NCBI GenBank assembly: GCA_963716945.1
Contig: OY970322.1
Location: 540,001 to 572,000, forward strand
Length of the DNA stretch: 32,000 nt
Source: Candidatus Saccharimonadota bacterium
GTDB taxonomy: Bacteria > Patescibacteriota > Saccharimonadia > Saccharimonadales > UBA4665
Reading direction: 5' to 3'
Of this stretch, positions 14,980 to 22,905 are shown piece after piece. Within the stretch, counting starts at the first letter, position 1; the number at the start of each line of letters is the position of its first letter. Made by a program: the position numbers and the translations under genes. The notes under the pieces are model-generated. The model had not been told where the DNA came from, searched no databases, and worked only from the letters and a program-made list of their open reading frames with translations.

Positions 14980-15696
14980 ATGAGCACACCGCCTTACAAA
15001 AGAGTCCTCCTAAAACTATCGGGCGAACAGCTGGCTGGCAAATACGAGTTTGGCGTTGACCCCGAAATCGCGGCTTTCCTGGCCGCCGAAGTCAAAAAAG
15101 TCGTCGACAGCGGCTGCCAAGTCGTAATGATTGCCGGCGGCGGCAACATGGTCCGCGGTGCCGAACTGGCCGGCCATGGTATCCGCCGTGTCACAGCCGA
15201 CCAAATGGGTATGCTCAGCGGCCTGATCAACTGCATGGCTATCACTGATATCTTCGAAGCCAACGACGTCAAGACCCGCTGCCTGAGCAACATTTTCGCC
15301 CAGCAAGTCTCGGAATCCTACTCCTACCGGCTGGCCGAAAAGCACCTCCAAAAAGGCCGCGTCGTCATCGTCGCCGGCGGTACGGCCCGGCCTTATGTCA
15401 CCCATGACACGGCCGCCGTCAGCTTCGCCTTGGAACTGGACTGCCAATTAGTGCTGAAGGCTACTAAATTCGAAGGCGTTTATGACAAGGACCCGGCCAA
15501 ATTCGAAGACGCCGTCAAGCTTGGCCATGTCACTTTCCAGGACGCCGTAGAAAATAATTCGATCAAAGTCATGGACAAGGCCGCCATCGGCCTGGCCATG
15601 GAACAGAACAAGCCGATTGTCGTCTTCGACGTTATGAAACCCGACAACCTGGCCAAGATAGTCGCCGGCGAAGCTGTCGGCACGATGATTAATTAG
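14980..15696 (+). CDS. pyrH: UMP kinase
   Basis: YKRVLLKLSGE, MIAGGGN.VRG, and full-length amino-acid-kinase-fold UMPK pattern. Confidence 0.93.
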   Translation: MSTPPYKRVLLKLSGEQLAGKYEFGVDPEIAAFLAAEVKKVVDSGCQVVMIAGGGNMVRGAELAGHGIRRVTADQMGMLSGLINCMAITDIFEANDVKTRCLSNIFAQQVSESYSYRLAEKHLQKGRVVIVAGGTARPYVTHDTAAVSFALELDCQLVLKATKFEGVYDKDPAKFEDAVKLGHVTFQDAVENNSIKVMDKAAIGLAMEQNKPIVVFDVMKPDNLAKIVAGEAVGTMIN

Positions 15697-15705
15697 CACA
15701 CTTTC

Positions 15706-15734
15706 TTTACGGACCTTTTAAATTATTGTATTTT
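15706..15734 (+). promoter_or_regulatory. Candidate promoter TTTACG-17-TATTTT, with the -10 ending 7 nt before the ATG at 15742
   Basis: Read directly from the sequence, in the AT-rich 45-nt gap after pyrH. Confidence 0.35.
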
Positions 15735-15741
15735 ATTAGCT

Positions 15742-16455
15742 ATGGATAGAAAAGCTATTGAGGCTAGTGTTATCTACCCTGATGTGGTAGACCGACACTT
15801 TGATGGCGGTTATTACTCGCCTGATGTCCTGGCTGCCTGGGAAGCTATAAAGGGCTTACCTATCGAAGAAAGGGCGCAGGTATATAAAGACGGCTTTAAT
15901 GGGGCTTGGGAGTTAGCGCAAACCCTAGTCCGTTCTGAAAGATATGATAAGGCGGATGAAAGTATAGACCTTTCAACCGAAGGACTTGGCGTAATAGGTT
16001 TGAAGGCGACTGAGCATGATAATTTGAAGCCGCATTATGGGCTGCTATATAGAGACTTAAGGGTAACGGTTAAGGCGTTTCGGCCCGAACATCGTGCCCG
16101 CCTAATTATGTTAGGTAATACCACGCAACCGAGCAATCCACGTGCTTTCTCTGTGATGCGTCATTTATGGCAGACAGGGTTTGCCGAGCGCCCTCCGAAC
16201 GTAAAAGTGAGCGTTCACCCGCAGGGCTGGAATGATTCCTTATCGGCCTGGGAAGATGGAAGCTTTTTTAGACACCTAACAGTTCCGCCGTTAGAATATG
16301 GGGCAGAAGAATATACACCGGAAGATAAAGAGGATATGCTTGATCTAGATATTCTTAGATTGCTTGATTGGACAGAGACACTGCTGGTGGCACACCAGGC
16401 TATGAATACGCCTCCAGACGGATTAGAGGATTCTGGTACTGCAGAGTTAAGTTGA
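15742..16455 (+). CDS. Hypothetical cytoplasmic acidic protein, 237 aa, no recognisable family; compositionally atypical (low GC)
   Basis: The ORF has codon usage unlike its neighbours, with repeated AGA/AGG Arg and TTA Leu codons. Hand counts give about 42-55% G+C per 60-nt line. It has no TM segment or signal peptide. Confidence 0.65.
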   Translation: MDRKAIEASVIYPDVVDRHFDGGYYSPDVLAAWEAIKGLPIEERAQVYKDGFNGAWELAQTLVRSERYDKADESIDLSTEGLGVIGLKATEHDNLKPHYGLLYRDLRVTVKAFRPEHRARLIMLGNTTQPSNPRAFSVMRHLWQTGFAERPPNVKVSVHPQGWNDSLSAWEDGSFFRHLTVPPLEYGAEEYTPEDKEDMLDLDILRLLDWTETLLVAHQAMNTPPDGLEDSGTAELS

Positions 16456-16469
16456 TCGCTGCCGGCTGA

Positions 16470-18842
16470 TTAACTCTGGATGACTAGGTCCGGCGCATCC
16501 AGGGTGACTTTGTCGCCGGGCTTGGCCTCGCCGCGCAGGATTTTCTGAGCGACAGTGTCTTCGACGGCCCGCTGCAGTACTCGGCGCATCGGGCGGGCGC
16601 CGAGGCGCGGGTCATTGCCTTGCTCAACGATCTTTTGGATGGCCGCCGGCGTCAGTTCAAGTGAGATATTCTGGCTAGCCAGAGTTTCGTTGACTTCGCC
16701 GACCATCAACTGGACTACTTGGGCCAGCTCCTCCGGCTTAAGCGGCCTGAACAGCACCAGCTCATCGAAACGGTTAACCAGTTCGGGTTTAAACTGCCCG
16801 CTGTTGATCAGCTCGTCGGTTATTTGCTCCGAGAAACTTTCCAAGGCTTCACCGCGGCTGATATGGTCGCGGATGGTCGCCGCGCCGGCGTTGCTGGTGG
16901 CGATGATTACACAATCCTTGAATGATGCCGAGCGGCCCGACATGTCGGTCAGCTGGCCCTCGTCAAGCAGCTGCAGCAGGAGGTTCAAGATATTGGGGTG
17001 GGCTTTTTCGATTTCATCCAGCAGGACTACGGCGAAAGGCTGTTGGCGAACGGACATCAACAGGCTGGCCGTGTCGGCCTCGCCGGTAGACAGCAGGCGC
17101 TGGACATCATCCGGCTGCTGGTATTCGCTCATATCCAAGCGAATCATGGCCGATTCCGAACCGAAATAGGTCGCGGCGACCGACTTGGCCAGTTCGGTCT
17201 TACCGACGCCCGTCGGCCCGAGAAACAGGAAGCTGCCAATCGGCCGGCGCGGGTTGGTGACACCGGCCCGGGCCCGCCGCAAGGCATTGGAAACAGCGCT
17301 GACGGCATGGGTCTGGTTAATCATGCGCCGGTGGATATTGTCTTCCAAGTGGAGCAAGGAATCGGCCTCGACCGGCGCGGCACTTTCGGCTTTGACGCCG
17401 CGGGTTTGCTCAATGGCGCGCTGGACGCTGGCTGCGGTGAGGGCGGAATTCTCGCTGTGGGTGACGGCTTGTTCAAGCAGCTTAATGGCTTTGCCCGGGT
17501 AAGCCTCGTCCTGTTCGTAGCGGCCGCTTAGCCGGTAGGCTTCGTGCAGGGCTTCGTAGGCTACCAGAATGTGGTGGCGCCGTTCCAGGCTGATAGCCGT
17601 ATCTTCTAGGATGCGCATAATGCCGTCTTCCGGCAGTTCTTGCAAGACTACCGGCGTTAGTTGTCCGGCCAGGCTCTGGTTCTTGGTCTTGAGCCGCTGG
17701 TAGTCGCTTGGCGACAAGGCCAATATAATCGGCACCGAACGGGCTTGGATAATTGATAGTAGGATTTGCGACGCGTCAAATGATCCTGGTCCGTCGTTGA
17801 AAAATAGCTGGGCGTCATCCAGGAACAGAATGATGTGGCCGGCTCTTGCCGCTTCGTTGCAGAGGCTGAGCATGATCTGTTCCAGCTCACCCGGCTGCTG
17901 GGCGTGCGAGGTGATGTTGGTAGCATTGAGGCCGACTATCTGGTGGTAGGCCAGGCTCGGCACGGTGTTGCCTTCGATCAGGCGCTGGGCCAGCGCGTAG
18001 ACGCTCTGGCTCTTACCGATACCGTCGGCACCGATTAGCACGACGGCCGCGGCCCGGTTATTAAAAGCCGCCTCAATCGCCAGGACGCCGTCGGATTTGG
18101 TCAGCCAGCCGAAATGCGCGCCATGGTTGGCGATAGACAGGCTGATGTTTTCGCCGAACCGGTCCAGTAGCGGCGTAAACCCGAAAGCCCAGTCCCGGCC
18201 GATGCCGCCGAAGTCGCGTTTATCCTCGCGTTCCTCGGCCAATCCCCTGCCCAGCCAGTTGGCGACGGCTTCGACATCGGCCGGCTGGGATTTGATCTGG
18301 GCCAGCAGCTGCTGAAAACCCGGTGCCGACAGCATCAGGCCGGCGACCAGGAAACCGAGTTCAATGATCTGGCTGCCATTGTTGTCGGCTATCCGAGCTG
18401 CCAGCTGCAGAGCGTTAGCCAGTTCGGCCGGGTCGGTACCTAATTGCGAGCCGACCGCAGCTTGGTCCAGCAACAAGTGGTTCAAGAAGAAAAATGCCTG
18501 CCAGTGGTTGTTAATCGCCTGCCACACGGCCTGCGGCTGCTGTGGCGTCTGCGGCGTCAACCTCGCCAATATATCCACTGATAACCGGCCGTTCAAGTCG
18601 TTGCCGGCCGGCGGCAAAACCGACAGTTGACGTTTCCACCAGACAGCCGGCAGGTAGCATAGCAAGCCGGGTGCCGCCAGCAGGAGTGCATAGCGCCAGC
18701 CGGCGGTGAAGCCAAGTGCCAGAGCTCCGGCGGCGGCCGCTAGGGCCAGCCCCAACAGGATTAAATAACCTGTTTTGCCGATGCGCCGGCTAAGATTCGC
18801 CTGCCGGGCTCTTGAGCTGCGCAGGTCGATTAACTCGCTCAT
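16470..18842 (-). CDS. Membrane-anchored Clp/Hsp100-family double-AAA+ ATPase, atypical: no pore-loop Tyr, degenerate D1, no ClpP loop, no M-domain
   Basis: D1 Walker A is GADGIGKS. D2 has GPTGVGKT, VVLLDEIEKAH, ATSN, NRFDE and GARPMRR. Two N-terminal TM helices are present. The ATG at 18842 overlaps the upstream TGA (ATGA); the track start at 18866 is also an ATG. Confidence 0.85.
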   Translation of the reverse strand: MSELIDLRSSRARQANLSRRIGKTGYLILLGLALAAAAGALALGFTAGWRYALLLAAPGLLCYLPAVWWKRQLSVLPPAGNDLNGRLSVDILARLTPQTPQQPQAVWQAINNHWQAFFFLNHLLLDQAAVGSQLGTDPAELANALQLAARIADNNGSQIIELGFLVAGLMLSAPGFQQLLAQIKSQPADVEAVANWLGRGLAEEREDKRDFGGIGRDWAFGFTPLLDRFGENISLSIANHGAHFGWLTKSDGVLAIEAAFNNRAAAVVLIGADGIGKSQSVYALAQRLIEGNTVPSLAYHQIVGLNATNITSHAQQPGELEQIMLSLCNEAARAGHIILFLDDAQLFFNDGPGSFDASQILLSIIQARSVPIILALSPSDYQRLKTKNQSLAGQLTPVVLQELPEDGIMRILEDTAISLERRHHILVAYEALHEAYRLSGRYEQDEAYPGKAIKLLEQAVTHSENSALTAASVQRAIEQTRGVKAESAAPVEADSLLHLEDNIHRRMINQTHAVSAVSNALRRARAGVTNPRRPIGSFLFLGPTGVGKTELAKSVAATYFGSESAMIRLDMSEYQQPDDVQRLLSTGEADTASLLMSVRQQPFAVVLLDEIEKAHPNILNLLLQLLDEGQLTDMSGRSASFKDCVIIATSNAGAATIRDHISRGEALESFSEQITDELINSGQFKPELVNRFDELVLFRPLKPEELAQVVQLMVGEVNETLASQNISLELTPAAIQKIVEQGNDPRLGARPMRRVLQRAVEDTVAQKILRGEAKPGDKVTLDAPDLVIQS

Positions 18843-19201
18843 ATTATCAACCCCGCTATGAGGCATCCGGGTATCGCTAGCGGCAGCAGCGGCCAGATGA
18901 TGACTTCCAAAATCGTTAGTAAAGCCACCGTGACCAGTACTATAAGGGCTGCCAACAGAACGAAGAAACGGACCACGAACCCGATTATCCGGCTGAAGAT
19001 ATTATCCCCCCACGCGTGGAAGCGTTCGGCCAGGCTGGCGCCCGGATAGGTGATAATCCGTCGCCAAGGCGCGAACAACGTCCGCAAGAGCTGCCTGGCC
19101 GAGAAAGCATTTGCTACTTGGTGCAGCCTAGGCCTGAAACTCTTGATTACGTGCTGCCAGCCGGAACCATACCACCAGGAGAAAAACGAGGACACAAGCA
19201 T
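18839..19201 (-). CDS. Small membrane protein, 120 aa: basic/aromatic N-terminal domain plus two C-terminal TM helices; no family recognised
   Basis: WWYGSGW and LFAPWRR motifs, with a hydrophobic C-terminus (FVVRFFVLLAALIVLVTVALLTIL and VIIWPLLPLAIPGCLIAGLII). It is translationally coupled (ATGA) to the Clp-like gene. Confidence 0.65.
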   Translation of the reverse strand: MLVSSFFSWWYGSGWQHVIKSFRPRLHQVANAFSARQLLRTLFAPWRRIITYPGASLAERFHAWGDNIFSRIIGFVVRFFVLLAALIVLVTVALLTILEVIIWPLLPLAIPGCLIAGLII

Positions 19202-19208
19202 AACCCCA

Positions 19209-19217
19209 ATTGTAACA
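19209..19217 (-). promoter_or_regulatory. Extended -10 element TGTTACAAT, 7 nt upstream of the ATG at 19201
   Basis: The minus strand reads gaagTGTTACAATtggggttATG. There is no SD and no good -35. Confidence 0.45.
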
Positions 19218-19264
19218 CTTCTTCCTAGTAAACCGGCCTGGGTTTAACTTCGGCCGCTGGTAGA

Positions 19265-20533
19265 TTAATGATTCGTCAGAAAAGCTTTGAGGGCGGTGTA
19301 TGAGGGGCGCAGGGTTATCGGTGTATTGGCACCGCTGCTATCGGCGCCCGTGGCTTCGCCGGCGTTGTCTTTTGATTCGGGAGTTGGCGAAGTCAGTAAA
19401 CCGAACCAGCCGGTAGAGTCATCATGGGTCTGGTAATACATGATCCCTTTGAGCCAGGTCCCGTTGGTGCCGTCGCCGTAGCTGATCATTTTGCTATAGG
19501 CCGAGGTTATATCGGCCGCCTGGTCGGCGTAGCTGGGCGCGTAATAGCCGTCGTTAACCGAAGGCCCGTCCTCTGCTTGGACAGGATCCAGGGTAACGCC
19601 CCACTCGGTCACGTACCAGGGGGTATTGGTGAAGCCGTGGTTAACGGCGTCCTGGTGCTGGGCGATTAAACCGTCGACGCCGTTGCTATCGTTGCTGGTA
19701 TTGCTGTCGGCCCCGCCGTAGGTGTGGGTCGAGAAACCGTCAACCTGGAGATTGGGTACGCCCTTTACGCCGTTAGCATCGGCCGTGTTACTCATCGCCT
19801 TTTCCAAGTATAGCTCGGCGCCGTTAGTACAGGGGTCTTCGGCACTGCTCCAGCAAGGGTCGCCGGTCGTCATGAAGAGCAGCGGCGACGTAATCCCGCT
19901 GCCGGCGGCGTGCTTGGCATTATAGGCGGCCTCGTAGGCCTGGGCGTAGGCCTGGGCCGTCATCGTGTAGCCGGAATTGGTTAGGTATTGTTCGTTGCCG
20001 AATTCCCAAATAATGCGCGAACCGTAACTGGCGTAATGCGTCATCCAGGTCATGGCCTGGGTAGCGTTGTCAGGCACTATCACGACGGCGCTGCACAGGA
20101 GCGAGCTGTCGGAAGACATGCCGTCATCACAACCGGGCGCCATGACGGCATCGATAGCGTTGTTGGCCGCGTAGCTGCCGTCTACCGATATCCTGGCCCA
20201 CCTGAAGCCGTCGCTCAGGTATTGGTGCGTTAGCGGCGGCCCCCAGCCGATAAAGTCGTTCAAGCCGATCCACGGTACTCCCGTGTCGGTGGTACCGCCC
20301 CCGCCGCCAAACACCACGCAGCTGCCGTCGCTGGCGCCGCTGCAAGTTTTCTGGCTGGCGCCGCTGGTCAGCGTGCCGCTGTCGGCATTGAGTGACACAT
20401 AGGGCGTAGCGGCATGCGAGCCGGTCAATAAGTAGGTTCCTATGCCGGCCACGACGAGTACCGTGAGGACAGCCGTCAGCCGCTGGGTTTGTTTACTTTT
20501 GTTTAAGAAATACTGCTTGAACATGTGTCGCAC
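19265..20533 (-). CDS. Secreted or membrane-anchored glycoside hydrolase-like protein (clan GH-A-type NE and E motifs)
   Basis: An N-terminal signal/anchor (LTAVLTVLVVAGIGTYLL). IIWEFGNEQY is a candidate acid/base NE motif, and PWYVTEWGV is a candidate nucleophile Glu. The track start is GTG at 20533; the ATG at 20524 is an alternative. TGTTACACT (20561..20553) is a candidate extended -10. Confidence 0.55.
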   Translation of the reverse strand: MRHMFKQYFLNKSKQTQRLTAVLTVLVVAGIGTYLLTGSHAATPYVSLNADSGTLTSGASQKTCSGASDGSCVVFGGGGGTTDTGVPWIGLNDFIGWGPPLTHQYLSDGFRWARISVDGSYAANNAIDAVMAPGCDDGMSSDSSLLCSAVVIVPDNATQAMTWMTHYASYGSRIIWEFGNEQYLTNSGYTMTAQAYAQAYEAAYNAKHAAGSGITSPLLFMTTGDPCWSSAEDPCTNGAELYLEKAMSNTADANGVKGVPNLQVDGFSTHTYGGADSNTSNDSNGVDGLIAQHQDAVNHGFTNTPWYVTEWGVTLDPVQAEDGPSVNDGYYAPSYADQAADITSAYSKMISYGDGTNGTWLKGIMYYQTHDDSTGWFGLLTSPTPESKDNAGEATGADSSGANTPITLRPSYTALKAFLTNH

Positions 20534-20580
20534 CGATCGAGCTAATACATCAAGTGTAACACACTAATGAATAAGCGTTT

Positions 20581-20670
20581 TGGCGGAGGGAGAGGGATTT
20601 GAACCCTCGATAGAGTTGCCCCTATACCGCCTTTCCAAGACGGCGCACTAGACCACTATGCGACCCCTCC
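20581..20670 (-). tRNA. tRNA-Ser (anticodon GGA), 90 nt with encoded CCA
   Basis: Acceptor stem GGAGGGG/TCCCTCC. D-loop with GG. Anticodon stem CCGTC/GGCGG with loop TTGGAAA. A long variable arm is present. T-arm GAGGG-TTCAAAT-CCCTC. Confidence 0.92.
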
Positions 20671-20693
20671 AAAAACCAGGCCGGGCTTAGGCC

Positions 20694-20702
20694 AGTATAC
20701 CA
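20694..20702 (-). promoter_or_regulatory. Extended -10 element TGGTATACT, about 23 nt upstream of the tRNA-Ser 5' end
   Basis: The minus strand reads ccttttGGTATACTggcc; the TG is at the correct -15/-14 positions. Confidence 0.35.
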
Positions 20703-20739
20703 AAAGGCCGGCCTGTGCGAATAATTACTACAAAATACC

Positions 20740-20769
20740 TTGCAAGAATGGCAAGAACGGGTTTAGACT
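20740..20769 (+). promoter_or_regulatory. Candidate promoter TTGCAA-18-TAGACT, 10 nt upstream of the ABC ATPase ATG
   Basis: Read directly from the sequence. The only purine-rich stretch before the ATG is aaaagagaga. Confidence 0.4.
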
Positions 20770-20779
20770 AAAAGAGAGA

Positions 20780-21673
20780 ATGGCCTTAATTGAATTGCAA
20801 GACGTCAGTAAACTGTACGGCTTCGGCGATGCCACTACCCTGGCACTCGACGAGGTCAGCTTAACTATTGAGAAGGGTGAATTCGTGGCCGTAATGGGGC
20901 CCAGCGGCTGCGGCAAAAGCACGTTGATGAACATTATCGGCCTGCTCGACCGGCCAAGCCATGGCGATTACCGGCTGGACGGCAAGTCGGTTGCCCGCCT
21001 CCGGCAGAACCAGGCGGCCAAGCTGCGCCGCGATACCATAGGTTTTATACTCCAGTCATTCAACTTTTTACCGCGGCTGACAGTGCTTGATAATGTCGCG
21101 TTGCCCTTAGCCTACAAGGGCGTGTCCAGCTCGCGCCGGATTAAACAAGCCAGCCAGATGCTGGAACGGGTGGGAGTCCAGGACAGGGAGTATTTCTTGC
21201 CCGGCCAGCTTAGCGGCGGCCAGGCCCAGTGCGCCGCCATCGCCCGCGCCCTGGTTAACAACCCCAAGCTCATTATCGCCGATGAACCGACCGGCAATCT
21301 GGACAGCTCCAGTTCCCGCCTGGTTATGGAATTGCTATCCGACATCCACAAAATGGGCAATACCGTCCTATTCGTCACCCATAACCCGGAGCTGACGCGG
21401 TTCGCTACCCGGGTCGTTTACATGCATGACGGCAGCATCATCCATGATGAGAAAACCGCCCTTGGCCAGGTCGCGCCGCGGGCCCGCAAAGTACTTTATA
21501 CTATTCCGACGACCAGCGAAGAAGACGATCTGGCCGGCGTATCGGTTATGATGAAGGCTTTTCCGGATAAACCAGTTCCCCGCCCCAGGCGCAAAAAAGC
21601 CAGCGCCAAAGCCAAGTCGACTACCCGGACCAAGCCCAAACGGTCGGCCGCCCGAACCGGGAGGCCCAAATGA
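20780..21673 (+). CDS. ABC transporter ATP-binding protein (MacB/LolD/FtsE-like) with a ~70-aa Lys/Arg-rich C-terminal tail
   Basis: Walker A GPSGCGKST, signature LSGGQ, Walker B LIIADEPTGNLD, H-loop VTHN. The tail reads ...PVPRPRRKKASAKAKSTTRTKPKRSAARTGRPK. Confidence 0.9.
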   Translation: MALIELQDVSKLYGFGDATTLALDEVSLTIEKGEFVAVMGPSGCGKSTLMNIIGLLDRPSHGDYRLDGKSVARLRQNQAAKLRRDTIGFILQSFNFLPRLTVLDNVALPLAYKGVSSSRRIKQASQMLERVGVQDREYFLPGQLSGGQAQCAAIARALVNNPKLIIADEPTGNLDSSSSRLVMELLSDIHKMGNTVLFVTHNPELTRFATRVVYMHDGSIIHDEKTALGQVAPRARKVLYTIPTTSEEDDLAGVSVMMKAFPDKPVPRPRRKKASAKAKSTTRTKPKRSAARTGRPK

Positions 21674-22896
21674 AGTCATTAACCAGCGGTCATCTTAGGG
21701 CCGGCATCGATTCGGTACGCCGGGCTAAACTTAGGAGCTTTTGGACGATGCTGGGCGTAATTATCGGTGTCGCTTCGGTCATAACGGTCGTCGGTATCGG
21801 CGAAGGTATCAAGCAGCAGATCAGCGGCCAAATTCACCATTTGGGCCATAACCTTATCACGATCCGGCCGGCCGAACTGCACGCCGGCGGCAGCTCCGCC
21901 AACGGCGATACGCTTTCCGGTTTGAATGTCAGCGGCACGCTTGGCACCAAAGACATAAACTTGGTCGGCCGCACGCCCGGCGTGGCCAGCAGTGCTCCGT
22001 TGACGATTGCCGGCACTACGGTCCAGGGGGACCATTCTTATTCGGGCGGTTTCGTGATCGGTACCACCGACGCGCTGCCCGGCTTGCTCAACCAGTCCAT
22101 GGCTTACGGCAACTTTTTCAGCGATTCGGATGACGGCGGCAATGTCGCGGTGCTCGGCCAGCATGCCAGCGAAGTTTTGTTCAACGAGGACGTGCCGTTG
22201 GGCCGGAGCATTACCTTCCACGGCCAGCAGTTTATTGTCCGGGGCATATTTAATCAGTTTGAAAGCACGCCGCTCGGCGAGCAGGTCGATTTCGACAACG
22301 CCGTTTTCATACCAAATGACGTAGCCGAGAGCCTGACCAACAACACGGCCCCGACCTACGAAATACTGGCCCGGCCTGCCGTAGGGCAAACTACCGGCAC
22401 CGTGGCCGGCCGCTTGCAAAAGGCGCTTGACCAAGCCCACGGCGGCCAGAGCGGCCTGAGCGTTCTGTCCGGCAACCAGAACGTGGCGGCCAGCAACGGT
22501 ATACTTGACCTATTGACTCGATTGATTGCCGGTGTGGCGGCGATTTCGCTGCTGGTCGGGGGTATCGGCATCATGAACGTCATGCTGGTGTCGGTAACGG
22601 AGAGGATGCACGAGATCGGCATCCGCAAAGCGGTCGGCGCAACCAACCGCCAGATTATGGGCCAGTTCATGATAGAGTCGGCCGTACTTAGCCTGACCGG
22701 CGGCGTAATCGGTATCGGCGTGGCGTTTTTGGCCGACCTGATAATTCGCGCCTTTACTGATCTTCAGCCGAGTATCGGCTGGCAGATCGTTGTTCTGGCC
22801 ACCGGCGTATCGTTGCTGGTCGGCATTGTGTTCGGCACCGTACCGGCCATCAAAGCCGCCCGCAAAGCTCCAATCGACGCCCTGCGCAGTGAGTAA
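21670..22896 (+). CDS. ABC transporter permease, MacB/FtsX type (N-terminal TM, large extracytoplasmic domain, C-terminal FtsX 3-TM bundle)
   Basis: ATGA overlap with the ATPase gene. The FtsX-type C-terminus includes GGIGIMNVMLVSVTERMHEIGIRKAVGA. Confidence 0.88.
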   Translation: MKSLTSGHLRAGIDSVRRAKLRSFWTMLGVIIGVASVITVVGIGEGIKQQISGQIHHLGHNLITIRPAELHAGGSSANGDTLSGLNVSGTLGTKDINLVGRTPGVASSAPLTIAGTTVQGDHSYSGGFVIGTTDALPGLLNQSMAYGNFFSDSDDGGNVAVLGQHASEVLFNEDVPLGRSITFHGQQFIVRGIFNQFESTPLGEQVDFDNAVFIPNDVAESLTNNTAPTYEILARPAVGQTTGTVAGRLQKALDQAHGGQSGLSVLSGNQNVAASNGILDLLTRLIAGVAAISLLVGGIGIMNVMLVSVTERMHEIGIRKAVGATNRQIMGQFMIESAVLSLTGGVIGIGVAFLADLIIRAFTDLQPSIGWQIVVLATGVSLLVGIVFGTVPAIKAARKAPIDALRSE

Positions 22897-22905
22897 GCAC
22901 CTATA

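Noticed and set aside
16555-18630. Several 67-204-aa plus-strand ORFs opposite the Clp-like gene
   Set aside because: All lie antisense to a gene with unmistakable AAA+ motifs. Their products are Ser/Arg-rich low-complexity sequence.
19234-19256. CGGCC...GGCCG hairpin after the GH gene stop, considered as a rho-independent terminator
   Set aside because: It has only a 5-bp stem with a 13-nt loop and a poor U-tract (GTTTACT), which is too weak to call.
15697-20670. tRNA-Ser-anchored genomic island spanning the GH gene, the AAA+ module and the low-GC orphan
   Set aside because: There is no integrase, recombinase or mobility gene. I found no direct repeat of the tRNA-Ser 3' end near 15700 or 16460. 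Only the 15742..16455 gene is compositionally deviant.
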